Positions 9,141 through 18,630 of a stretch of DNA of 64,000 nucleotides are shown piece by piece (the first letter of the stretch is position 1; every line of letters starts with the position of its first letter). The notes beneath the pieces are model-generated. The model made no database searches and had not been told where the DNA came from. It worked only from the letters and a program-made list of their open reading frames with translations. A program made the translations under genes and the position numbers. Source of the stretch: Minisyncoccota bacterium (GTDB lineage Bacteria; Patescibacteriota; Minisyncoccia; Phycocordibacterales; Phycocordibacteraceae). Where the stretch lies: positions 236,162 through 300,161 of the forward strand of contig JBAZXD010000001.1 of assembly GCA_041660025.1 (NCBI GenBank). Direction: 5' to 3'.

Positions 9141-9854
9141 ATGAACGTCCTGCTTATCGCACTGGCCGCCTCGGTCGCCACCTTTATCGGCGGGTCCTTC
9201 GCGCTTCGGTTCCGCGACAAGCTCCATCTCATCCTCGGCTTCTCGGCCGGTGCGGTCGCAGGCGTTGCGCTCTTCGACCTCCTGCCCGAGGCCATCGAGC
9301 TCGGCACGCAGTACCACAGCGCTTCGACCGTCGCGCTCTTCGTCGCGCTCGGGCTCTTCGGCTACCTCATCCTCGACCGGCTCATCCTCTTGCATACGCA
9401 TGAAGAGGACGATGAGACGAACGCGCCGCGAGGATTCTTCGGCGCGCTCACGCTCGCGGCGCACAGCTTCCTCGACGGTATGGCAATCGGCATCGGCTTT
9501 CAGGCATCCGCCGCCGTCGGTATCGTTGTGACGGCGGCGGTGCTTACCCACGACTTCTCCGACGGCATCAACACCGTAAACCTTGTGCTGAAGAACGGGG
9601 GGAGTTGGAAGCAGGCTTTTCGATGGTTGCTCATTGATGCGGCGGCGCCGCTAGCCGGCGCCGCCTCTACGCTCTTCTTCAGTATTCCCGAGTCGGCCAT
9701 CGGACTCGTGCTCGCCGTCTTCGTCGGCACCTTCCTCTATCTCTCGGCGAGCGACCTTATTCCCGAGAGCCACCATCGCCACCCGCGCGCGCTCACGACC
9801 ATTATGACGCTCCTTGGTGCACTCACGCTCTATGCGGTCGTGCATCTGGTATGA
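9141..9854 (+). CDS. ZIP-family metal (zinc) transporter
   Basis: LGFSAG, DLLPEA, HSFLDG, HDFSDG, DLIPESHH. Confidence 0.9.
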   Translation: MNVLLIALAASVATFIGGSFALRFRDKLHLILGFSAGAVAGVALFDLLPEAIELGTQYHSASTVALFVALGLFGYLILDRLILLHTHEEDDETNAPRGFFGALTLAAHSFLDGMAIGIGFQASAAVGIVVTAAVLTHDFSDGINTVNLVLKNGGSWKQAFRWLLIDAAAPLAGAASTLFFSIPESAIGLVLAVFVGTFLYLSASDLIPESHHRHPRALTTIMTLLGALTLYAVVHLV

Positions 9855-9861
9855 TTTCTAT

Positions 9862-10197
9862 ATGAAAATATTTTTCCACTGGCTCATTTCGACTATCGCA
9901 ATCCTTATTGCGGCATATATCGTTCCGGGCGTCGCGGCGACTCCTGTCGGCGCGCTCATCGCCGCAGTCGTTCTTGGCGCGATCAACCTCTTCATCCGCC
10001 CGATCATCGTCATCCTCACGCTCCCGATAACCGTCCTCACGCTCGGTCTCTTCTCGCTTGTCATCAACGCGGCTCTGGTGCTTCTCGCCGCATATCTCGT
10101 GCCGGGATTCTTGGTCGCGGGCTTCTGGGCCGCATTCTTCTTCGCGCTCGTGCTCGCCGTCGTCAACTGGGTCTTCAATTCGTGGGGTCGTAATTAG
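9862..10197 (+). CDS. YvlD/phage-holin-4-family membrane protein
   Basis: AAVVLGAINLFIRPII..LTLPITVLTLGLFSLVINA. Confidence 0.85.
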   Translation: MKIFFHWLISTIAILIAAYIVPGVAATPVGALIAAVVLGAINLFIRPIIVILTLPITVLTLGLFSLVINAALVLLAAYLVPGFLVAGFWAAFFFALVLAVVNWVFNSWGRN

Positions 10198-10811
10198 ACC
10201 GCGCGCTTGCCGCGCAGGACATTGATGAGGATGGGGAGGAAGGAGACGACGATGATGACAAGCGAGAGCGGGAGGATATAGCGTTCGCTATTTGGGATGA
10301 CTGAACCGAGGAAGTAGCCGAGCGAGAGCATACCCGCACCCCAGAGGAGTCCGCCGAGGATATTGTATTTGAGAAATGTCGGGTAGGTCATCGAGCCGAT
10401 GCCGGCGAGGATGGGTGCGATAGTGCGCACGATAGGCACGAAGCGCGCGAGTACGACCGCGCGCCCGCCATAGGTCTGGTAGAACCGTTCGGTGCGCTTC
10501 AGGTACTCCTGTTTGAAGAAGAACGAATCCTTGCGTTTGAAGAAGTTCACGCCGACGTTCGCGCCGAACCAATAGCCCACCGAGTCGCCGACTATCGCGG
10601 CGATAATGACGATGAATACCAAGGGACCGAAGGTGAGGAATCCGCCGGCGGAGAGAAGCCCCGCCGCGAAGAGGAGCGAGTCGCCAGGGAGGAATATGCC
10701 GAAGAGAAGACCGCTCTCGGCGAAAATGATAAATGCGATGCCGAGGTAGCCGCCGGCCTTAATGATGGCAATCGGGTCGAGCTGTATACATGCGGTGATG
10801 AAGTCGAGCAT
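10194..10811 (-). CDS. DedA family membrane protein
   Basis: IIFAESGLLFGIFLPGDSLLFAAG, ARFVPIVRT. Confidence 0.92.
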   Translation of the reverse strand: MLDFITACIQLDPIAIIKAGGYLGIAFIIFAESGLLFGIFLPGDSLLFAAGLLSAGGFLTFGPLVFIVIIAAIVGDSVGYWFGANVGVNFFKRKDSFFFKQEYLKRTERFYQTYGGRAVVLARFVPIVRTIAPILAGIGSMTYPTFLKYNILGGLLWGAGMLSLGYFLGSVIPNSERYILPLSLVIIVVSFLPILINVLRGKRAV

Positions 10812-10898
10812 TCGAGTGCAGTATACCCCATGAGATAACGTCTGCCCCGTGCATAACGTGAACAATTTTTAATATCTCAACGGGGTATACTAGAGAGA

Positions 10899-13670
10899 AT
10901 GGAATCGGCACCGAAGTTGTCCACGCCCGAAGAGGAGCTCGCGTACCTACGCGAGCAAGTCGCGCATAAGGAAGCCGAGCTTGCGGGAAGCGGCGCTCCA
11001 GAGCGGGCAACGATTATTTCAGAAACGATCCGTGAGCATCATGCGGCGCCCGCGGAGGTGCTCGCCCCCGAATATCGCATCAGTGAGGCGACGGCGAGTA
11101 GCGAGGCGGACGCGATACTCGCCGAGCTCGAGCTCGAGCTCGGCGAGGGCGCGAGCGCTATCAACAGCCTGCGCCGGACGATGGAGGAGAAGGGGATCAA
11201 GAACGCGCTCGCAGTCCTAGAGAAGCTCCGCGACCCGCACGTCGCGGACGACTTTCATCGGTATCTGGTGCGCTATGTCGCGGCGGGACTCCCGACTCCC
11301 GGACTCTCCGAGAAGACGCCGCGCTTCCAGGCGCTCCATATGACGCTCTATGAGATAGCGCTCCCGGGACCGAAGAGTACGGAACCGAACGCGCGCCAGA
11401 AGACGCTCAAGGAACTTATCTCCGCAATGGAGCAATTCTACTCTGGACTCCTCTCGGTCGGGGACGCGACGAGCGGCGAGCCGCAGTATTATGCGCTCGA
11501 GCTCGCCGTGCCCTCTGATAGTCCCGAGCTCCAGTTCTACGCGGCGGTGCCAAACGGCAAACGCAATCTCTTCGAGAAACAGCTCCTCGCGATCTTCCCC
11601 GACGCGCACCTGGTGCCACAGCCGTATGACTACAACATCTTCGCGCGCGGCGGGACATCGCTCGTCTCGACGGTGAGCTTCACCCAGAACCCGGCCCTGC
11701 CGCTGAAAGACTACACCGACTTTGATTACGACCCCATCAACGCGATTACGAACGCTTTTGCCAAGATAGAACATACGGGCGAGGGCGCGGCACTCCAGAT
11801 CATCATCGAACCGCGGGCGGAGCGGCACGTGAAGCATTACCGCAAGATCCTCCAGGCACTGCGCAAGGGAGAGAAGCATACGTCGGCGTTCAACACGCCT
11901 GAGACTATGCTCGGCGGATTCGCGCGCGATGTCGGTCGGACCTTCTTCACCAATAAGCCGAAGGACGTCGAGAAGGCGAAGGAGGCCGAGACCCGCCAGA
12001 TCGAGGCGAACAAGGCACACATCGAGCAGGTCGAGAAGAAGATCGCGGCACCGATCGTCGGCGCCACCATCCGACTTGTCGCTTCCTCCGGCAACGAACA
12101 TACCGTAGATCAAGTACTCGGCGATCTCGAGGCGGCGTTCAACCAGTTCGCGAACACACAGGGGAACCAGCTGAAATTCACCCGCGTACCGCCGCAGTCG
12201 GGTCGCGCCCGACGCGTACTCGACGACTTCTCCTTCCGCCTGCCTGATTCTTCCGCGCTCCCACTCTCGCTCCGCGAACTCACAACCATCTACCACTTCC
12301 CGCCGTCGGGCATCGAGAGCTCGCCGCATCTGAGGCAGGCGCGCTTTACCCATGCGCCCGCGTCTATGGAGCTTTCGCAGTCGGGCGCCCTGCTCGGCGT
12401 GAACTCGTATCGAGGTACCCGGACCGAGGTCCGCCTCGACCCCGAAGACCGCCTACGCCACCTCTACATCATCGGCCAGACCGGCACCGGTAAGACCGGG
12501 CTGATGAAGTCGATGATTATGCAGGATATTACCAATGGCGAGGGATGTTGCTTCATCGACCCGCACGGCTCCGACATTCTCGACATCCTCGCCGCTGTGC
12601 CGCCCGAGCGCTACAAGGACGTCATCTACTTCGACCCTGCCGACCTCTCGCGCCCCTTCGGCCTCAACTTCCTCGAGTACGACCTCTCGCGCCCGGAGCA
12701 GAAGACCTTTATCGTGAATGAGCTCCTGATGATATTCCGACGGCTCTACGGCGACGTGCCGGAGAGTATGGGTCCGGCCTTCGAACAGTATTTCCGCAAT
12801 GCGACCCTGCTTGTGATGGAGGACCCGAGTAGCGGCTCGACGATGCTCGATATCGCGCGCGTGCTCAGCAATAGCGAGTTCCGCCGCGAGAAGCTCGCGA
12901 AAAGCATGAACCCGGTCATCAACCAATTCTGGAACGAGATCGCGACAAAGGCCGGCGGCGAGGCTTCGCTCGAGAACATCGTTCCTTACATTACCAACAA
13001 GTTCGACGACTTCACCGCCAACGATTTCATCCGCCCGATCATCGGCCAGCAGGAATCCTCATTCAAGTTCCGCGACGTGATGGATACGAAAAAGATACTG
13101 CTCGTGAATCTCTCGAAGGGCCGCTTGGGGGAGAAGAACGCGAACTTGCTCGGGCTCATCATTGTCGGCAAGCTCTTTATGGCGGCGCTCTCGCGCGCCG
13201 ACAACCCGCGCGCGCCGTATCCGCCGTTCTATCTGTATATCGACGAATTTCAGAACGTTACTACCGACTCCATCCCCGGCATTCTTTCCGAAGCACGCAA
13301 GTACAAGCTCGCGCTCACGGTTGCGCACCAGTTCTTGAGCCAGATAGAAGAGAAGACGCGCGATGCGGTCTTCGGCAACGTGGGCAATATGGCGGCCTTC
13401 CGCGTCGGGGAGGAAGACGCCGAATTCTTCGCTAAGCAGTTCGCACCGGTCTTCGAGTCGCTCGACTTCGTCAATATCGAGAACCGGAACGCGTATGTGA
13501 AGATACTCGCGCACGGCATTCCGCAAAAGCCCTTTGATATGAAGACGGTTGATCTGCCGATGCTGAATTTGGCGCAGATAGACGACCTTATCCGCCTCTC
13601 CTCGCTCACCTACGGCCGCGACCGTGCTACAGTTGAACATATGATTCGCGAGCGTTATCTCTCGCAGTAA
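10899..13670 (+). CDS. VirD4/TraD/TrwB-like (type IV coupling protein/HerA-family) ATPase with a long N-terminal domain
   Basis: RLRHLYIIGQTGTGKT (Walker A), FIDPHG, YLYIDEFQN (Walker B), SEARKYKLALTVAHQ. Confidence 0.9.
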   Translation: MESAPKLSTPEEELAYLREQVAHKEAELAGSGAPERATIISETIREHHAAPAEVLAPEYRISEATASSEADAILAELELELGEGASAINSLRRTMEEKGIKNALAVLEKLRDPHVADDFHRYLVRYVAAGLPTPGLSEKTPRFQALHMTLYEIALPGPKSTEPNARQKTLKELISAMEQFYSGLLSVGDATSGEPQYYALELAVPSDSPELQFYAAVPNGKRNLFEKQLLAIFPDAHLVPQPYDYNIFARGGTSLVSTVSFTQNPALPLKDYTDFDYDPINAITNAFAKIEHTGEGAALQIIIEPRAERHVKHYRKILQALRKGEKHTSAFNTPETMLGGFARDVGRTFFTNKPKDVEKAKEAETRQIEANKAHIEQVEKKIAAPIVGATIRLVASSGNEHTVDQVLGDLEAAFNQFANTQGNQLKFTRVPPQSGRARRVLDDFSFRLPDSSALPLSLRELTTIYHFPPSGIESSPHLRQARFTHAPASMELSQSGALLGVNSYRGTRTEVRLDPEDRLRHLYIIGQTGTGKTGLMKSMIMQDITNGEGCCFIDPHGSDILDILAAVPPERYKDVIYFDPADLSRPFGLNFLEYDLSRPEQKTFIVNELLMIFRRLYGDVPESMGPAFEQYFRNATLLVMEDPSSGSTMLDIARVLSNSEFRREKLAKSMNPVINQFWNEIATKAGGEASLENIVPYITNKFDDFTANDFIRPIIGQQESSFKFRDVMDTKKILLVNLSKGRLGEKNANLLGLIIVGKLFMAALSRADNPRAPYPPFYLYIDEFQNVTTDSIPGILSEARKYKLALTVAHQFLSQIEEKTRDAVFGNVGNMAAFRVGEEDAEFFAKQFAPVFESLDFVNIENRNAYVKILAHGIPQKPFDMKTVDLPMLNLAQIDDLIRLSSLTYGRDRATVEHMIRERYLSQ

Positions 13671-13675
13671 ACCGT

Positions 13676-15664
13676 ATGGCAAAAAGAATCGATTTTCCGC
13701 CGCCACCACTTCCACGAGGAGAGAATGACGAGCTCTTATCTTCTCCGGATTCACCCGAGAAAAATCGACGGGCCTTTGCCAAGATTGAACAAGGTTCCGA
13801 TGAACCTGCTGTTCAAGTGGAGACGAAGCCGGGACTCGCGTGGACGGAGCCGGAACCGAGCGCGCCGGCAGGACGTGAAAGAAAAAAGCCGGAGGCTCCT
13901 GTTGATGCCGAACATCTCGTTCAAGTGGAGACTAAGGAGCCAGCGACTGTTGATGCCAAACCTCTCGTCCAAGTGGAGACTAAGGCGGCAAAAGCGACTG
14001 ATGAACCAGCAGGATTTGATAGCAGAATAGAACCGACGTTTGGAGCCGAACTAGGAGAACCAGGAGAGCCAATACAAGCAACGGAAATGACCCCGGGCGA
14101 ATCCCTTACGTTGCTGAGCAAGCTTATCGAAGGATACAAGAAGACATTGGAGGTTACGAAAAATGTAACGGAAGGAGTTTTAGAACGCTTCACGAAATCA
14201 AAGGAGTATCTGAACAATCGGGCAAAAGAGATTGACGCCCAGGCCGAAACGAGCGGTCTGGAGAAGGCATTCCGCGTCATCGGCGAAAAATACAATAAAT
14301 TAAATTTGGTACACAAACTCGGCATCGGCGTTGCGCTCGGAGTCGGAACGGCGGTCGGCTCGGCGGTTTCGCTCCCGCTCGCGCTCGCTGGTTTGTCGGG
14401 TTTGATATTGCAGCGCGCGGCGGGTACGGCGGGCATGTTCGTGAGCATTGAAAAGAAGCTTCAAGAAAAGAAGGTTGACGAGTCGTTCCAATTCATGGCG
14501 ACGAAAGAACGCGCTGCACTCGATGCAATGCTGTATACCTTCGCAATGAGCACTGCCATCAATCAGGGGCTGGAATTCGTTCGCGAACATCATCTCGTGG
14601 AGCAAACACGCGAGTGGTGGCTCGGCGATAAGCTCGGGCACAGCACGGCCCCGACAGGGGGTTCCGGGCTACACCAGCCCGCGGCCGTCTCGAACGCGGG
14701 CGAGGCGATCGCGCAAGCCACGACTCCCGAAGTACCGGCGGTCGTGGTTCATGCATCGAGCGGGCACGGCTACGAGTATATGGTGAAGCGAATGTGGGAA
14801 GATTTGCAAGAGAGACAGCTCGACCCGAGCAAGTATGCGGAAGGAAGCGACATTCGCCGATTGCTTGAAGCCGATGCAAGCTCGATCGACAAGGTCGTGC
14901 ATCAAATCGCCGCCGACCCCTCTCACGGATTTTTCAATCCTGACGGCACGAGCGCGGTCATACGCCCCACCGACGCCCTCACCGTCGGCGCGAACGGCCA
15001 GGTGCTCCTTATGACTCCGGACGATGTCATTGCGCATGCGCCCGTCGGAGGGCCGACGACGCCGGCATATCATCCATCTGCAGTTGAACAGGCGCCATAC
15101 CCGGACGGGATTGTACCGCCTGATACTTCACCCGCCGCGCTTGAGGATCAAGAAGCGGGAACTCCCCTCGAAACTCCCGAGACCGAGTCGCCTGAAGCCC
15201 CGCCGCCGCTTCAGGAAGTGAATGTCGTTTCGCCAGAGCCGATAAAAACAGTGGACCTCACACACGAGCAAGATGTCGCAGATTCTGAAAATGCTGTCGT
15301 CCATTCGGAAGCCGTTTCAGAAGCACCTACCTTCATGACGAAAATCGATGGCATTCTCATTGATCCGCGGACCCCGGCGATTTATCAGGCTCAGCTGCCG
15401 ACGGGAGAAACGTATCTAGCCTCTTATGGCGGAAGCTATGAAGAGCGACTCAAATTCATCCAGGAATATTTGATGCGTCCCGAGAACCAAGGACAGACAA
15501 TTCGTATCGCTCACGAAGTGCCCTCGATCCTCGGTCCTCAAATCAAAGTGGATGAGATCGGCGCCAGTACGAACGCGGGGCAAACGTCGTGGATCCTTGA
15601 TTTCTTCAAAAAACCGGTATCCCCGCCGACGCCGGAGACTTTCCTGAAAAAATTATCCAAGTAA
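13676..15664 (+). CDS. large hypothetical protein with Pro/Glu-rich repeats and a central TM pair
   Basis: 662 aa; VQVETK x3; hydrophobic GIGVALGVG...GLIL segment; low-complexity linker. Confidence 0.8.
   Translation: MAKRIDFPPPPLPRGENDELLSSPDSPEKNRRAFAKIEQGSDEPAVQVETKPGLAWTEPEPSAPAGRERKKPEAPVDAEHLVQVETKEPATVDAKPLVQVETKAAKATDEPAGFDSRIEPTFGAELGEPGEPIQATEMTPGESLTLLSKLIEGYKKTLEVTKNVTEGVLERFTKSKEYLNNRAKEIDAQAETSGLEKAFRVIGEKYNKLNLVHKLGIGVALGVGTAVGSAVSLPLALAGLSGLILQRAAGTAGMFVSIEKKLQEKKVDESFQFMATKERAALDAMLYTFAMSTAINQGLEFVREHHLVEQTREWWLGDKLGHSTAPTGGSGLHQPAAVSNAGEAIAQATTPEVPAVVVHASSGHGYEYMVKRMWEDLQERQLDPSKYAEGSDIRRLLEADASSIDKVVHQIAADPSHGFFNPDGTSAVIRPTDALTVGANGQVLLMTPDDVIAHAPVGGPTTPAYHPSAVEQAPYPDGIVPPDTSPAALEDQEAGTPLETPETESPEAPPPLQEVNVVSPEPIKTVDLTHEQDVADSENAVVHSEAVSEAPTFMTKIDGILIDPRTPAIYQAQLPTGETYLASYGGSYEERLKFIQEYLMRPENQGQTIRIAHEVPSILGPQIKVDEIGASTNAGQTSWILDFFKKPVSPPTPETFLKKLSK
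13899..13990 (+). repeat. 48-bp intragenic tandem repeat (VDAxxLVQVETK)
   Basis: CTGTTGATGCC...CAAGTGGAGACTAAGG at 13899 and 13947; a partial earlier copy lies near 13809. Confidence 0.8.
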
Positions 15665-15680
15665 TGATATGATTCCACCT

Positions 15681-15977
15681 ATGCAAGACGAACTGACCGC
15701 GCTCATTGCCGCCGATCTCGGCATCAAGGACCTCCCCGTTGAAGAACAGAAGGCGCTCATCGCGCAGTTCGGCGAAGTGGCGCTCAAGGCCGCGACACTC
15801 GCTGTGGTAGAGAAGCTTGCGGCGAGCAGTCGCGACGAATTCGCAAAGCTCGCGGAGGCGGGCGATGCAGCCGCTCTCAAGACGTTCTTGGACCGCGAAG
15901 TTCCCGGGCATGAGGAGGCGGCGAAAGCCGCAGTTGCCGAGGAGGTGAAGCGGTTCAAGGCCTTTCAAGCCGTGTAG
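15681..15977 (+). CDS. small helical hypothetical protein
   Basis: DLGIKDLPVEEQKALIAQFGE; TGaTATGAT 7 nt upstream supports the 15681 start. Confidence 0.75.
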   Translation: MQDELTALIAADLGIKDLPVEEQKALIAQFGEVALKAATLAVVEKLAASSRDEFAKLAEAGDAAALKTFLDREVPGHEEAAKAAVAEEVKRFKAFQAV

Positions 15978-16006
15978 TATACTTAAGCCCTATAAATACT
16001 TAATCT

Positions 16007-16528
16007 ATGAAACCAACACAGACCGGTATCGCCGTCGCACTTGCACTCACCGTCGTTGTTCTGTTCTTCATTCTCCCAGGCATCTGGCCGTGGAGTTCAG
16101 CCGCTCCGGCAGAACAAGTGCCAGTTGAATTTACTACCAATACTCAAGCTACATCCCTCACTACTATGCCTACTGTAACAACGCCGATAACACAGCTTAT
16201 GATGAATGACGAGGTCGTGGGCACGGGTGCCGCCGCAGAGGCAGGCGACAGCGTCACGGTGAATTATGTCGGTGCGCTCACGGACGGCACCGTCTTCGAT
16301 GCTTCGGAAAATCACAGCGCGACCGGCTTCACCTTCACACTCGGGGTGGGACAAGTCATAAAAGGGTGGGATCAGGGCATCCTCGGTATGAAAGAAGGAG
16401 GGAAGCGCCAGCTTCTCATCCCCGCAGAGCTCGCGTACGGCAATCAGTCGCCGGCGCCGAGCATTCCGGCGAACTCCGCGCTTGTTTTCGAAGTGGAGCT
16501 CTTGAAGGTAGAGAAAGGGACTCGTTAA
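16007..16528 (+). CDS. FKBP-type peptidyl-prolyl isomerase, membrane anchored
   Basis: VTVNYVGALTDGTVFDAS, GQVIKGWDQG, IPAELAYG, IPANSALVFEVEL. Confidence 0.95.
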   Translation: MKPTQTGIAVALALTVVVLFFILPGIWPWSSAAPAEQVPVEFTTNTQATSLTTMPTVTTPITQLMMNDEVVGTGAAAEAGDSVTVNYVGALTDGTVFDASENHSATGFTFTLGVGQVIKGWDQGILGMKEGGKRQLLIPAELAYGNQSPAPSIPANSALVFEVELLKVEKGTR

Positions 16529-16544
16529 TTAGTATAAAAATAAG

Positions 16545-16574
16545 ATGGGCGCGAACCGCGAGGTTCGCGCCCAT
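16545..16574. terminator. hairpin between convergent genes (probable bidirectional terminator)
   Basis: ATGGGCGCGAACC-GCGA-GGTTCGCGCCCAT. Confidence 0.7.
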
Positions 16575-16603
16575 TTCCGTACCTCCTTATACGGATGTTG
16601 TTT

Positions 16604-17263
16604 TTACCTGGGCAGAGGGGGAAGGTACCCTCTCTGCATTCTGGAGTACGTCGGTTCCGGCGCGTCAGAGACTTCCGGGAGCAGCGCACCACCGACATAG
16701 AGCGGAGCGATCCAGATGCGTTTGAGCTTGCCTTCAAGCTCATCCGCCTTATAGACCATCCCGGTCATACAGTAGCCCTGGAGCACAGCGACCGCCGTTT
16801 CCCAGGTTATCTTGCCGCTCCCGAGCCCGCCGCCGAAGGCCGTGAGGCCGATAGCAATAAGGTAGTCCACCGGTTGTATCAAGCTGCCAAAGCCCAGCCG
16901 GTAGCCGAGTGCCCCGAGAGAACCCTGGAATCCGCCGTAGGTCGAGCCCTGCTTGAGCATCTCGTTGAATTCGCCCTCCATTTCACCGGCCTTCTTGGCA
17001 CAGTACCAGTCGAACTGGCTGATGGCGGTGTATTCCTCGGGAGTCAATTTCGGGTCCGGATTGAAGTTCGCACCAGAACCCGGGTAGATGAGCACCTTGT
17101 ACCGGCTGGTGAACTGCTTGGCCGGCACCTCGGCCGCTGTCGTCGTAATCTTCGGTGGAGTAGCTTCTGCCGCTCCTCCGCGCATCGTACTCGGCGTGTA
17201 TGCAACACACGCGCTGAGTGACATGATACTCGCCAAAATGGCGATCAAACGTAGTGTTCTCAT
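16604..17263 (-). CDS. putative lipoprotein, hypothetical
   Basis: MRTLRLIAILASIMSLSAC lipobox; SD GGAGGT; TTGACA-16-TATTCT promoter. Confidence 0.75.
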   Translation of the reverse strand: MRTLRLIAILASIMSLSACVAYTPSTMRGGAAEATPPKITTTAAEVPAKQFTSRYKVLIYPGSGANFNPDPKLTPEEYTAISQFDWYCAKKAGEMEGEFNEMLKQGSTYGGFQGSLGALGYRLGFGSLIQPVDYLIAIGLTAFGGGLGSGKITWETAVAVLQGYCMTGMVYKADELEGKLKRIWIAPLYVGGALLPEVSDAPEPTYSRMQRGYLPPLPR

Positions 17264-17383
17264 GGTCAAAGACCTCCATTCTGGGGTCGGTTCGGTATGA
17301 ACCGGCTAAAACCCATCTGAATACAAGAATACTCAATTATTATAGTTTGTCAATACCGTGTCGATACGATACTGTAGTAAGTA

Positions 17384-18586
17384 ATGAGTGCAATTGATTT
17401 CAGCATAGAGGCACGGGCGCAGCTTCGTGGCGCCCGTGCCGGCACGCTCACGACGCCGCACGGCGTCATCCGCACGCCCGCCTTCGCGCCGGTGGGGACG
17501 AAGGCGAATGTGAAAGGCATCTTGCCGAGCGCCCTGACAGCGCTCGGTGCCGAGGTCGTGCTCGCAAACACGTATCACCTCTATCTTCAGCCGGGCGAGA
17601 AAATTGTAAAAGATGCCGGGGGCTTGGGGAAATTTATGGGCTGGGCTGGCCCCACGATGACCGATTCGGGCGGTTTCCAGGTCTTCTCGCTCGGTGCCGC
17701 CTTCGGCAAGACCATCTCGAAATTCGTCAAAGCCGAAGCGCCCGAGGAAGATACGGTCGCGGTGTATGACGAGAACGTCGCGAGCCAGCACGGCCAGCTT
17801 GCCGTCATCGACGACGAGGGGGTTTCCTTCACGTCGCACCACGATGGTTCGCTTCACCGCTTCACGCCCGAGCGCTCGGTCGAGATACAGCACGCACTCG
17901 GTGCGGATATATTCTTCGCCTTTGATGAATGCACTGCACCGACCGAGCCGTATGAATATCAAAAAGAAGCGATGGAGCGCACGCACCGCTGGGCGGAGCG
18001 TTCTCTCAAAGCGCATCGGCAGAATATTGACGCGAATAAAAAGCAGGCGCTCTTCGGCATCGTGCAGGGCGGCCGCCACGAGGATTTGCGCAAGGAGTCT
18101 GCGCGCGCCATCGCCGCGCTCGGCTTCGACGGCATCGGCATCGGCGGCTCGTTCTCAAAAGAGGATATGAAAGGCGCACTTGCCGCCGCGGTAAGGGAGC
18201 TTCCCGAAGAATTGCCGCGCCATTTCCTCGGTATCGGCGAGCCGGGCGACATTCTGGAGGGCATCGCAGGCGGTATGGACCTCTTCGACTGTGTGGCCGC
18301 GACGCGCCTCGGCCGCCACGGCTCTATCTATACGAAGCACGGCATCATTCACCTCAAGAATGAAAAGTACCGCGCCGACTTCACACCGATTTCAGAAGGC
18401 TCTGAGTTCACATTGGCGTACGTGTCGCACCTCCTGCGTTCCGGCGAGATGCTCGGCGCCTCTATCGCTTCCACGCACAACGTTGGCTTCATTTTGAACC
18501 TGGTTGCCGGCGCGCGCGAAGCCATCCTCGATGGACGGTTTGACGACTACCGTGCAGATTTTATGCAAAATTATTGTTCAAAATAA
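17384..18586 (+). CDS. tgt: tRNA-guanine transglycosylase
   Basis: TPAFAPVGT, LANTYHL, TDSGGFQVFSL, FDEC, FGIVQGG, RHFLGIG, DLFDCV. Confidence 0.96.
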   Translation: MSAIDFSIEARAQLRGARAGTLTTPHGVIRTPAFAPVGTKANVKGILPSALTALGAEVVLANTYHLYLQPGEKIVKDAGGLGKFMGWAGPTMTDSGGFQVFSLGAAFGKTISKFVKAEAPEEDTVAVYDENVASQHGQLAVIDDEGVSFTSHHDGSLHRFTPERSVEIQHALGADIFFAFDECTAPTEPYEYQKEAMERTHRWAERSLKAHRQNIDANKKQALFGIVQGGRHEDLRKESARAIAALGFDGIGIGGSFSKEDMKGALAAAVRELPEELPRHFLGIGEPGDILEGIAGGMDLFDCVAATRLGRHGSIYTKHGIIHLKNEKYRADFTPISEGSEFTLAYVSHLLRSGEMLGASIASTHNVGFILNLVAGAREAILDGRFDDYRADFMQNYCSK

Positions 18587-18587
18587 A

Positions 18588-18611
18588 AAAGCCGACCCGC
18601 AAGTCGGCTTT
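18588..18611. terminator. hairpin terminator between tgt and a convergent ORF
   Basis: AAAGCCGAC-CCGCAA-GTCGGCTTT. Confidence 0.65.
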
Positions 18612-18630
18612 CCGTCGATGATAGAGGAGA

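Noticed and set aside
9862-10197. Holin as prophage evidence (together with the baseplate-J-like gene at 57017)
   Set aside because: YvlD-type membrane proteins are common chromosomal genes; no terminase, capsid, integrase or lysin in the window.
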